Shown in pieces: positions 18,098 through 27,000 of a stretch of DNA of 32,000 nucleotides. Position numbers and translations under genes: made by a program. Location of the stretch: positions 450,001-482,000 of the forward strand of contig JAFGBS010000009.1 in NCBI GenBank assembly GCA_016933055.1, read 5' to 3'. The number at the start of each line of letters is the position of its first letter. Position 1 is the first letter of the stretch. The DNA comes from Promethearchaeota archaeon (GTDB lineage Archaea; Asgardarchaeota; Lokiarchaeia; Sigyniarchaeales; Promethearchaeaceae). The notes below the pieces were generated by a model that searched no databases, was not told where the DNA came from, and saw only the letters and a list, made by a program, of their open reading frames with translations.

Positions 18098-18982
18098 TTA
18101 AAGGAGTCCGTCTTCGTAATTGATCTTTGAAACGAGATCTTTGAGAATTTCGATGATTTTGGTTCGGTACTGTTGATTTATTGCGATCATCCCGTAAGTT
18201 TTAATTCCTAATAATTTTTGCACAAACTCGGGAGTTAAACGATTATTGAGATCTTGTTTATTGGCTATTCCCACAACAACGCAATCTTTGTAATATTTTA
18301 CCACTAATTCATTAATTATCTTTTTCGATTCGTTCACATTCTGAAAACTTGAATCGGTAACTAGTAGAGCAATGCGCGTTCCCTTTAACAAACTTCTCCA
18401 TAAATCCGAATATTGAATTTGTCCCGCAAAATCCCATAAAACTATGTTTCTTTTCCCTTTGGTATCCAATTCATCATATTTCGCGATATCTGCAGTGATA
18501 GTGGGTTGATATTCTAAATTCACTTCTTCTCCTACAATGAGTTTAAGTAATGAAGTCTTTCCCACGCCTGCAAAACCTATAATCGAAATTTTGATGGGAC
18601 CCAATACAATGCGATCGATAGTTTCCATAAAATCCTTGAAAACTTCACGTTCCCCATCATGTAAAAAATCGGCTATTTTATCCCCATATGCTGTTTCGAA
18701 TTGATTAATAATTTCCTCGAGTTTTTGAATTATTTGATCATTTTGGTCTTCTAAATCCGTACATACCGCTATAATTAGTTTGGGATTATCGATAGGTTTA
18801 AAGAAATACTTATTCTTTTCTGTTTGGGTTGATTTAATATCGGATTGTGCAATTTCCTTAAAAAAACCAGAAAACGCACTTAAAAATCCTGCTAGTAGAT
18901 CATGATCTATCTTAACTGGACCATATTCTCGGAATAGAATACTTTTACCATCTTGAGTTAAAATAGAAATGTGTTGAATCAT
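18098..18982 (-). CDS. Small Ras-superfamily GTPase with N-terminal longin-like domain
   Basis: G1 GFAGVGKTS (18554-18577), G2 YQPTI, G3 WDFAGQ, G4 NKQD. The N-terminal ~125 aa (ISILTQDGKSILFREY...LLAGFLSAF...F) fit a longin pattern. Confidence 0.88.
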   Translation of the reverse strand: MIQHISILTQDGKSILFREYGPVKIDHDLLAGFLSAFSGFFKEIAQSDIKSTQTEKNKYFFKPIDNPKLIIAVCTDLEDQNDQIIQKLEEIINQFETAYGDKIADFLHDGEREVFKDFMETIDRIVLGPIKISIIGFAGVGKTSLLKLIVGEEVNLEYQPTITADIAKYDELDTKGKRNIVLWDFAGQIQYSDLWRSLLKGTRIALLVTDSSFQNVNESKKIINELVVKYYKDCVVVGIANKQDLNNRLTPEFVQKLLGIKTYGMIAINQQYRTKIIEILKDLVSKINYEDGLL

Positions 18983-19007
18983 TATTAATTCTAACCTTTG
19001 ATTAGCT

Positions 19008-19026
19008 CAAAAATATATTTATTTTG
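19008..19026. promoter_or_regulatory. Quasi-palindromic AT element, candidate shared bidirectional TATA box
   Basis: CAAAAATATATTTATTTTG is centred about 30 nt from ATG 19047 (+) and about 35 nt from ATG 18982 (-). Confidence 0.4.
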
Positions 19027-19046
19027 CGATTGTCTCAAGATTAATC

Positions 19047-19610
19047 ATGGAGAGTAAAGTGAGTTCACAAGAAAAGGGAGACTTAGAAAAGAAAATTGAT
19101 ACAATTTTGGCAGCAGTTCAAAACTTCGGATTAAATTTTATACAAAAATTAGGAGAATTAAAGCACGCCATTAGCATACTATCGGATCAAGTCGAAAAAA
19201 TGAATAAAGCTCTTATTACAGTTAAGGGTTTAGAACCGAAAATAAATGAAATTACATCTATGAAACAAGATCTATTATCAGAATTGCATTATTTACAATC
19301 TCAAGTAAAAGTTTCCTCATTTAAGAATACAGAGGTAATCCAGATGAAGACAGATGATTCATCTCCTCAATATTTGGATTTGTTAGCGGGATTGCAAAAA
19401 CAATTAAAACAATATTCAGATTTGTCTATGCTAATTCATGATCTGGAAGAGATTAAAAAGAAGATATACGAAGTAACAGGGGGGCATCGGGTACTGTTTG
19501 AAATAGGGGAAACTATAAAACAACTTAATTCAGTTGAGACATTGACAGAATCTGAACTTCAAAATCTTAACGAAAAATTAACATTCTGGTCAAATAAATT
19601 GAAATCTTGA
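19047..19610 (+). CDS. Hypothetical all-helical protein (N-terminal coiled coil, C-terminal helical bundle)
   Basis: Heptad-like N-terminal half, no TM, ATG start; fills the gap between the GTPase and chelatase genes. Confidence 0.75.
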   Translation: MESKVSSQEKGDLEKKIDTILAAVQNFGLNFIQKLGELKHAISILSDQVEKMNKALITVKGLEPKINEITSMKQDLLSELHYLQSQVKVSSFKNTEVIQMKTDDSSPQYLDLLAGLQKQLKQYSDLSMLIHDLEEIKKKIYEVTGGHRVLFEIGETIKQLNSVETLTESELQNLNEKLTFWSNKLKS

Positions 19611-19680
19611 TTTTCAATGAATTACGAACCATTACATGGGTTAAACTCTAAATATGATCTCAATTTTGCAATGATGTATA

Positions 19681-21888
19681 ATGAAAAAGATCAACTTTCC
19701 TATAACTGGAATAATCGGTCAAGATAGAATGGTTCGAGCATTATTATTAAATGTCATTGACCCTACAATAGGTGGTGTTCTTCTCACTGGCAAGCAAGGA
19801 ACGGGAAAATCTACTGCCGTTCGAGCTTTAATAGATATTTTACCCGATATTGAAGTAATTCAGGGGTGTCCTTTTGCATGTAATCCTCATGATGAACCCG
19901 AAAATGTATGTGATTCTTGTCGTTCAATATTGGAAACAACAAAATTTACTCCTATTATAGAAAAAAAACCTATTGCTTTTGTTGATCTTCCATTAGGAGT
20001 GACAGAGGATATGGTCTGTGGATCCCTTGATCTAGAAAAGGTTCTTAAAGAGGGAATTAAAAGCCTTCATCCCGGACTACTCGCAAAGGCAAATAGAGGT
20101 ATCTTATATATTGATGAAATTAATCTCTTGCAAGATCATATCGTAGACATCCTCCTTGATGCAGCTGCTTCTGGAGTGAATATTATTGAACGAGAAGGTG
20201 TTTCTATATCTCATCCTGCTAAATTTATTTTAGTAGGTTCTATGAATCCAGAAGAGGGAGAACTTCGGCCTCAAATTAATGACAGATTGGGATTAGAAGT
20301 AAATCTTCAAGCTCCTTATGATCCTGAATTACGTGCTGAAATCACCAAAAGAGTGATTGAGTTCACGAATCATCCTAAGAAATTTGTTAAATCGTATGAA
20401 AAACTGCAAAATCAATTAAAATTCCAGATTAAACAAGCAAGAGAGATGGTATACTCGATTGAAATCCCTCGAGAAATCTATTCATTCGTTTCTAAATACG
20501 TTGCAGAACTAGGAATACCTTCCCAACGGGCGGACATTACCTTTATCCGATGCGCCAGAGCCAATGCTGCCTTTAGAAATTCTAAAATTGTTGAATTACA
20601 AGATCTCGATGCTGCAATTGATTTAGTATTCGAACATCGTATACGTGCATTACGGGATGAACTAGAACCGCAAGAAATCAAGGACAAGATCCGCGATATA
20701 TATGGTAAAATTAAGGAAGCATATGAAGGAAACGACGCTTATAAACCCAATAAAGATCAAGAGGGACCTTTAAAAGCTTCTGATGAAGCTCAATCTGAAT
20801 ACAAACAACAACCGTATGATCCCGATAAAATCAAAGGATTACCTGAAATTAAAGATCAAAGAATTCCAGATAATAAAGAGATCCAAGATTGGCTAAAAAA
20901 TCCCTCAGAAGGATATAAAGTATTTGATCTTCATCGTATCCGAAAATTTTCACCAAGCGAACTAAAACCTATCGCAGAATTACATGAACAACGCATATCA
21001 GATATTGAATCGATTTTTACACGAACCCGAAAAAAAGCGGATTATGGGGGAAAGGGCAAAAGAACTAGAATAACATCTTCCCAGAAAGGAAGATATATAG
21101 CTTTCAAGTATCCAATAGGAGTACCCAAAAATATTGCGTTTGATGCATCGATAAAAAGGTTTCTTGTGAGGAATTATTGTGGTTCGAATGGAGGTTATAT
21201 CAATAATTGCACTCCTCAATTTCCCATTCATATGAAAATGCCAGATATTATGGAAAAAGTATTTGAATTTAAAGCACCTCTTTCTCTGTATTTTATTTTA
21301 GACGCATCTGGTTCTATGGCAAGATATCTCACTCAAATGACCGACGTTATTCGCTCGCTTCATAGGGAAGGATATAAGAAAAAGGATAAAACTAGTATCA
21401 TCGTGTTCAAAGGTAAGAACGCACACATTCTTCAACGTCCTACTACGAATTTAAATCGAGTAATTGCAAAACTGCCTTCCATAGAAGGATTATCATATAC
21501 TCCTTTAGCTGAAGCTTTGGTCAAAGCGGAACAAATGATAAAAGCTGAACGCGTGAAAAACAGGGACTTAATTCCCGTTGTAGTGATTTTTTCTGATCTG
21601 GGAGCAAACATTTCGCGAAAAAATCCCGATTTGATGCCTCAATCACAAGAAGATTTCCAAATAATATCTAATGAATTAAAAGAAATATCCAAGAGATTTG
21701 GAAGACAAAAAATAAGAGTTTTAATAATGATGCCGAAGAAAGGACAAGCCATACAGTACTTGGGAGTCAATCCTTTCATAATGCAAGAAATTCGGGATAA
21801 TTTTAAGAGATATGCGAATGCAGAAATATTCATGTTCGATAGTTATAATCCAAAAAAGACACTTATTAAACTGAAAAAAGTTCTATAA
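19681..21888 (+). CDS. Magnesium-chelatase I/D-like AAA+ ATPase fused to a VWA domain
   Basis: Walker A GKQGTGKS, LLAKANRGILYIDEINLL Walker B, NPEEGELRPQ, a charged linker, MIDAS DASGS, and TPLAEAL. Confidence 0.9.
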   Translation: MKKINFPITGIIGQDRMVRALLLNVIDPTIGGVLLTGKQGTGKSTAVRALIDILPDIEVIQGCPFACNPHDEPENVCDSCRSILETTKFTPIIEKKPIAFVDLPLGVTEDMVCGSLDLEKVLKEGIKSLHPGLLAKANRGILYIDEINLLQDHIVDILLDAAASGVNIIEREGVSISHPAKFILVGSMNPEEGELRPQINDRLGLEVNLQAPYDPELRAEITKRVIEFTNHPKKFVKSYEKLQNQLKFQIKQAREMVYSIEIPREIYSFVSKYVAELGIPSQRADITFIRCARANAAFRNSKIVELQDLDAAIDLVFEHRIRALRDELEPQEIKDKIRDIYGKIKEAYEGNDAYKPNKDQEGPLKASDEAQSEYKQQPYDPDKIKGLPEIKDQRIPDNKEIQDWLKNPSEGYKVFDLHRIRKFSPSELKPIAELHEQRISDIESIFTRTRKKADYGGKGKRTRITSSQKGRYIAFKYPIGVPKNIAFDASIKRFLVRNYCGSNGGYINNCTPQFPIHMKMPDIMEKVFEFKAPLSLYFILDASGSMARYLTQMTDVIRSLHREGYKKKDKTSIIVFKGKNAHILQRPTTNLNRVIAKLPSIEGLSYTPLAEALVKAEQMIKAERVKNRDLIPVVVIFSDLGANISRKNPDLMPQSQEDFQIISNELKEISKRFGRQKIRVLIMMPKKGQAIQYLGVNPFIMQEIRDNFKRYANAEIFMFDSYNPKKTLIKLKKVL

Positions 21889-21932
21889 ACTCGTTATCCC
21901 TTTATTTTTTCCCCCTAAAAGGAAAGATAATC

Positions 21933-22862
21933 TTATAATTTTCGTGCAATAAGCCAGCTCTCCATCATTAATGATGTAAAGAACTTAATATGAAGATGAT
22001 CATTGCTAAATACTGCCAGATTACTTTTTTCTCCGATAGGTGCAATAAACATTTCTTCATTGTCCTTAAGACATATCCATCGGTCCTTCGAATCAAAGTT
22101 TCGGATTGTAATATTATCTAAAGCTTCGAATTCTTGCAATAATTCTTGATGTTCAGGATTTTGCTCCACACTACAAGCTGCTTTGATGTTTACTGAAGTT
22201 CTTGCATCATATAATCCAAGTTCTGCAAGATCAAGTATAGAAGGGGTAGTAACAACGAGATTATGAACAGATCTGGTTACCATATCTCTCATGAACTCCA
22301 AAATTTGCTCCCGAGATACGGTATTCATCATAATTTCTCCCTTTGCAGGAGCACTCTGGTTTCTCATTTTCTCCTTTAACTTTTCTACTTCATCATCAGC
22401 TCCTTTCAAATCCAAATTAAGAAGTTTGATCTCTTTTTCTAGTTCCTGTATTCTCTTGTTTTTTTCCTCTAAAAACGTATTAGATACCATACCCCGTGAT
22501 GCATCGGCTTTCTGTTGCAACATTTGCAATTCTTTTTCTTTTGCCTCGAGAGTTTCTTTCATAGAGAAGATTTGATCATCTTTCATTTTGAGTGAATGTT
22601 TAATTGTTTCGATTTGCTGATCTTTAGTCCGCATCAATCCCGATATAGTGTTAACTTGATCATCCTTCGCGTTTAAATTCGATTCAAGAGTTGTAATGAG
22701 ATTATCTTTACTTTGCAGTTGTGCTTTAAGTCCTTCGATAGAACTCTTTAATTCATTAAAAGTAGTAGTTATTTCAGCAATTTCTTCTTCTTTTTGTTCA
22801 AGTTTTTTCCAACATTCTTCAAGTTCCATTAGAGTTTCCACTGTACTATTGAGTTTATACAA
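21933..22862 (-). CDS. Long coiled-coil protein with C-terminal PLD-fold/TrmB-C-like domain
   Basis: About 170 aa of heptads, then SREQILEFMRDMVTRSVHNLVVTTP and a beta-rich tail with no HKD motif. The likely start is ATG 22829, since the track start is TTG. Confidence 0.7.
   Translation of the reverse strand: MYKLNSTVETLMELEECWKKLEQKEEEIAEITTTFNELKSSIEGLKAQLQSKDNLITTLESNLNAKDDQVNTISGLMRTKDQQIETIKHSLKMKDDQIFSMKETLEAKEKELQMLQQKADASRGMVSNTFLEEKNKRIQELEKEIKLLNLDLKGADDEVEKLKEKMRNQSAPAKGEIMMNTVSREQILEFMRDMVTRSVHNLVVTTPSILDLAELGLYDARTSVNIKAACSVEQNPEHQELLQEFEALDNITIRNFDSKDRWICLKDNEEMFIAPIGEKSNLAVFSNDHLHIKFFTSLMMESWLIARKL
22500..22793 (-). repeat. Seven tandem 14-aa (double-heptad) protein repeats
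   Basis: KEEEIAEITTTFNE / LKSSIEGLKAQLQS / KDNLITTLESNLNA / KDDQVNTISGLMRT / KDQQIETIKHSLKM / KDDQIFSMKETLEA / KEKELQMLQQKADA. Confidence 0.7.
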
Positions 22863-22960
22863 ATATTTGTAAATTTTTCTTAAATATCTTTAGACAGCTA
22901 TGAGAGGATCGCTAAAACAGTAATTATCTGCAGTTTCGATACCTCGATATTTCCAATTAA

Positions 22961-24076
22961 TTATATATTATGAGTTCTGTCGTTTTCCATTATTAAGGTA
23001 TCTTTAATAATTGTCATATCTGGAATTTCCACATTTCTGGCGATTATCGCATTCTCGATTCGAACATACTTACCGATCTTATTATTACCTAGAAGTACTG
23101 ATCGACTTATTTCAGAATAATCTCCAATATCACATTTCTCACCGATGTATACTTCAGGTCCGACTAGCACACTATCGCCAATTTTACATAATTTCGCAGC
23201 GACTGGCTCAATTAAGGTTGGATATTCTCCTTCATACTCGAAATCCTCCCCATGTAAAAATCTGAATGTCATTTTAGGAATATCAGAAATATGCGTTAGA
23301 TGAAATCGCCCTACACTTTCTAACGTAATTTTTTCATCCTTTAGTAAATGCACTCCCCGAACACAATGCTTATCCAAGAGCATTAGCTTTATTGCAGAGG
23401 GTAATTCCCACTCATTTCGAGTGGATTTTTCCACTTTAGGGAGATAATCGAGCATTTTCTGGGAAAAGATATATAATGGGATGGAGTAAAAATCATCGAT
23501 CTTTTTTTCCTCCCCTGGTTTTTCCACCATATCTAATACTAAGTTCTCCTTTAATTTGACATTTCCATGAGTTTCACTCATTTTACTGTCCGTAGAATAA
23601 TAAAGGGCAAGTGTACTCGAGGATTTTGTTTGAAGATGAGCAGTTATAAGTTGGGATAACTCAGAGGAATCCAATAGAATATCCACTGCAGAAAGAATGA
23701 AGAACGGTTCTATATTTTCCTCTTTATACTCTTGGGAGGTTTTGGATAATGCCTCTATAATCGATTCGGAAGCGCATAGGATGGCGTTGCCCATACCTAA
23801 AGGTTCCCTTTGTACACAATGTACAAATTTCATTGTATTTTGGTGTTTTGAAAGTGAATCTATATATTCGGTTAATTTGGGAGCATCTGGATTTGTAACA
23901 ATGATGAATTGTCTAAATCCCTCTAGAGAGAAAAGGTCAATAACACGTTCTATCAAGGGTTTCCCAGCAATTGGTATTAAAGCTTTTGGATAAACATCAG
24001 AAATTGGCTGTAATCGTGTTCCACGACCTCCTGCAAGAATTACTACAGGAATAATTTCCTTCGAAAATTTTACCAT
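22961..24076 (-). CDS. Sugar-phosphate nucleotidyltransferase (RmlA/GMPP-like) with C-terminal left-handed beta-helix
   Basis: VILAGGRGTRL...PKALIPIAGKP, QREPLGMG, EKP and STRNEWE; hexapeptide repeats (IGDSVL, IGEKCD, IGDYSE, IGKYVR). Confidence 0.9.
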   Translation of the reverse strand: MVKFSKEIIPVVILAGGRGTRLQPISDVYPKALIPIAGKPLIERVIDLFSLEGFRQFIIVTNPDAPKLTEYIDSLSKHQNTMKFVHCVQREPLGMGNAILCASESIIEALSKTSQEYKEENIEPFFILSAVDILLDSSELSQLITAHLQTKSSSTLALYYSTDSKMSETHGNVKLKENLVLDMVEKPGEEKKIDDFYSIPLYIFSQKMLDYLPKVEKSTRNEWELPSAIKLMLLDKHCVRGVHLLKDEKITLESVGRFHLTHISDIPKMTFRFLHGEDFEYEGEYPTLIEPVAAKLCKIGDSVLVGPEVYIGEKCDIGDYSEISRSVLLGNNKIGKYVRIENAIIARNVEIPDMTIIKDTLIMENDRTHNI

Positions 24077-24151
24077 AATACACCATTTTATCGGTTCTCA
24101 AAAATTTTTTCGAAAATGGGTATTTAGGCAATAATCAAACTTATTTTATAT

Positions 24152-24880
24152 ATGGCATTCGATAAGGGGATTGAAGAAATAGATAAATTGGTAACACAGA
24201 CCTTTTCTAAATACAGTGGAATTTTGGCATTAATAATTGCGAGTCATGAAGGAAAAAAAATATACACCAAATTCCGTGAGGTTCAATCGTTCAATGAACA
24301 TGAACTATCCGCTATTACCGCATCATTAATCTTCATTGCACGGACAATGTTCAAAAAGACTTTTGGATTGGAAATTGCACATGCGGAAGTAAAAGGAATT
24401 AAGGATATATTCTTCTCGGTATTAACTAAAGAAGTTACAGGATCGGTGATTTTTAATCGCAAAAACGTTGAGTTAGTAGGGCTGGCTGAACTTAAAGAAA
24501 CGGTTAATGAATTGTTTCTAAAAATTTCAGCAATTGTGGAAACTCTTGTAGTTAAAGAAGATTTATTCGTATTGATTAAACGAGCGATTCCTAACGCATT
24601 ATCTATAGTCATTATCAATAAGGAGGGTCTTCCAATTAAAGTAGAAAGTACTATGGAGGAGCCTAAAATTTCAGCATTTATTTATGCACTACATTCTCTT
24701 GCTACTACTCTCCTTAAAAATGAAGTCGAACACACCGTAATTTCTGGAGATTATGGATCTTATATTATCCAACAGATTGATGAGGAGCGCATTCTGGGAA
24801 TAGCCGTTCCGGAAAGTGAAGATGCTAGAATAAACAAATTCGTAGCAATACTGCAAGAAATAATGAAAAAATCAATTTAA
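24152..24880 (+). CDS. Tandem roadblock/LC7 domain protein
   Basis: Two similar halves: GILALIIASHEGKKI...HELSAITASL and NALSIVIINKEGLPI...EPKISAFIYAL. Its stop codon overlaps the kae1 stop at TTAA 24877-24880. Confidence 0.8.
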   Translation: MAFDKGIEEIDKLVTQTFSKYSGILALIIASHEGKKIYTKFREVQSFNEHELSAITASLIFIARTMFKKTFGLEIAHAEVKGIKDIFFSVLTKEVTGSVIFNRKNVELVGLAELKETVNELFLKISAIVETLVVKEDLFVLIKRAIPNALSIVIINKEGLPIKVESTMEEPKISAFIYALHSLATTLLKNEVEHTVISGDYGSYIIQQIDEERILGIAVPESEDARINKFVAILQEIMKKSI

Positions 24881-26592
24881 ACAGACCTACTCTTTCTCCT
24901 TTTATCTTTTTTGATATATCGTCCTCTTAAATCAACCTCTTCCATCAGATCAATAATAGAATTACCTTCTATCCCATATTCTTCCTTATATCCGGAAAGA
25001 AAATAAGGAATTATTTCTTCATAATATTCTCCATGAGTACTGGTTACCACTCTTTTGAATAAGTGTAAATCCACTGCTTTATCTTCATCAGAGGTCGACA
25101 TAAAGGATAAACCAAAATCTATGAAAAATAGCGTATTCTGCGGAGTCCAAATCATATTGGAAGTAGTAAGATCTCCATGGACTTGGTCGTTCTTATGTAA
25201 TTTTGCAACTAATTTTCCGATATGTACAAAAATTTTATGCAATTCGTCTTGCTTTAAATATGGGATCTGATCCTTTAATCGGTCTCCCTCAATAAAAGAC
25301 ATGGTGATTGCTGCATTTATTAGATCGATGTCCAGAATTATGGGAACTGGAACGCAAAATTGTTTAGCACGTATTATACTGCGTGATTCCGCGATCGTTC
25401 GTTGATTTCGTAGCGAAAAATCTAGCTGTTTGATACGATACGCTTTATTCACTCGATGTTTTATCAATATATTGTCTTTATCCCATCTGGATTTGATTAA
25501 TTCCGCTTCGGCTCCTTTTCTGTATACGTTAGTACGTTTTTTATCCGCAAGAGGCAAATTTCTTAAGGACACCCCTGGAAAATGAGCATCTGGGGCTCTC
25601 CAAGGGATATTTGCATGGTCCATTCGATATTTTGGTTGTATAATTGTATCTTCAACTTTCATTTCCCCGCTGTTGAGATAGTAAAGTACACCCGTCCATG
25701 CTATCATAGCCCCATTGTCTCCAGCTAATCGTAATGGAACTGCATGATAGAGTGCGTCATGCTCCTTGGCGATATATTCAATCATTTCTTGAAGTCTTTT
25801 ATTAGCCGCAACACCTCCCGTAAGTAATACTTCTCTCTTTTCTGTATGCGCTAAAGCGCGTTCTGTAACTTCAGTTAACATAGAAAAAGCTGTTTCTTGA
25901 AGAGAGAACGCAATATCTTCTTTAGTATAAGAATTACCGAATTCTGGAGACTTAATTAGTTTTCTACATGCTGTATAGATTCCGGAAAAGGAAAGATCCA
26001 TTCCTTTTACGATGTAGGGTAACTCAATATAATTTGAGGATTTCAAAGCAAGTTTCTCAATTTTTGGACCACCTGGATGAGCGAGATCTAGCTCTCTTGC
26101 GACCATGTCGATCATATTTCCTACTGCGATGTCCAAAGTCTCACCAAAAATTTGATAATGACCCGTTTCAAAAGCGCTAATAATTGTGTTTCCCCCGGAA
26201 ACATATAAGGTGAGAGGATCATAGGACTTACAGAATTTTCTACCAATTTCAATATGTCCAATACAATGATTTACTCCCACGAGAGGAATTTTTAATTTTT
26301 GAGCGAGAGTTCGAGCCACAGCTGCACCAATTCGTAAACATGGTCCTAATCCGGGACTCTGGCTGAAAGATATGAGATCTATTTGATTTAATGAAAGTGT
26401 TGCTATATCTAATGCAGAATTAATCACAGTCAAAAATACGTTATTATGGTGTTCCACGACCTTGCGAGGATGTAAACCCCCCTGTTTGGGAACATACGTA
26501 TCATTCACCACAGCAAGTACATCTCCTTCAAAATCAACAATACCTACTGAAAAAGTATGAGCTGTGCTTTCTATTCCGAGACAATAACGCAT
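24877..26592 (-). CDS. kae1: Bifunctional KEOPS Kae1-Bud32 (tRNA t6A synthesis N6-threonylcarbamoyltransferase plus protein kinase)
   Basis: LGIESTAHT, VNHCIGHIE, LYVSGGNT, GETLDIAVGN, GGVAAN and GDNGAMIA; then KGAEAEL, VHGDLTTSN and IDFGL. Confidence 0.96.
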   Translation of the reverse strand: MRYCLGIESTAHTFSVGIVDFEGDVLAVVNDTYVPKQGGLHPRKVVEHHNNVFLTVINSALDIATLSLNQIDLISFSQSPGLGPCLRIGAAVARTLAQKLKIPLVGVNHCIGHIEIGRKFCKSYDPLTLYVSGGNTIISAFETGHYQIFGETLDIAVGNMIDMVARELDLAHPGGPKIEKLALKSSNYIELPYIVKGMDLSFSGIYTACRKLIKSPEFGNSYTKEDIAFSLQETAFSMLTEVTERALAHTEKREVLLTGGVAANKRLQEMIEYIAKEHDALYHAVPLRLAGDNGAMIAWTGVLYYLNSGEMKVEDTIIQPKYRMDHANIPWRAPDAHFPGVSLRNLPLADKKRTNVYRKGAEAELIKSRWDKDNILIKHRVNKAYRIKQLDFSLRNQRTIAESRSIIRAKQFCVPVPIILDIDLINAAITMSFIEGDRLKDQIPYLKQDELHKIFVHIGKLVAKLHKNDQVHGDLTTSNMIWTPQNTLFFIDFGLSFMSTSDEDKAVDLHLFKRVVTSTHGEYYEEIIPYFLSGYKEEYGIEGNSIIDLMEEVDLRGRYIKKDKRRKSRSV

Positions 26593-26713
26593 TTTCGAAC
26601 TTTCCTATAGTATTATGAACAAAAGTAATGTACATTATTTGTTATTTTCGCAAATACAATAAAATGCCAGAAAATAATCGATAAAGAGAGAAAGATGAAA
26701 AAATATCAGATAA

Positions 26714-26989
26714 TTATCGTTGGATTCTTCTTCTGCGAGTGGTTCTTTTGACTCCACCAACTGTTTTGGTGCTTTTCTTATCTGTTGGAGTATCAAACTT
26801 TGTATATCCACATTTTCCACAACTCATTCGATTATAATGTCGTGCTAAAAACACACCCGCACCGCACCGCGGACATTCACGATTAGGACGTATCACCTTA
26901 CCGTCTTTTACTTCCCATAATTTAGTTTTGTTTGTACGATGTACTCTCTTGCCTTTTTCTTTTCGTTTTACTACCTTTTTCTTTGCCAT
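26714..26989 (-). CDS. rps27ae: 30S ribosomal protein S27ae (eS31)
   Basis: [27 protein letters not shown] zinc ribbon; position between rps24e and kae1 matches the usual archaeal gene order. Confidence 0.96.
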   Translation of the reverse strand: MAKKKVVKRKEKGKRVHRTNKTKLWEVKDGKVIRPNRECPRCGAGVFLARHYNRMSCGKCGYTKFDTPTDKKSTKTVGGVKRTTRRRRIQR

Positions 26990-27000
26990 ATGTCAACACC

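Noticed and set aside
19047-19610. SNARE-like call for the coiled-coil protein
   Set aside because: No C-terminal TM and no recognisable zero-layer SNARE motif.
19681-21888. Evidence of chlorophyll or cobalamin synthesis from the chelatase-like gene
   Set aside because: No large subunit or pathway genes are nearby, and the family is widespread in non-phototrophs.
21933-22862. SMC or active phospholipase D call
   Set aside because: No Walker or signature motifs and no HKD motif.
380-24076. GT2, phosphohexomutase and nucleotidyltransferase as one polysaccharide cluster
   Set aside because: They are scattered over about 24 kb on different strands with unrelated genes between them.
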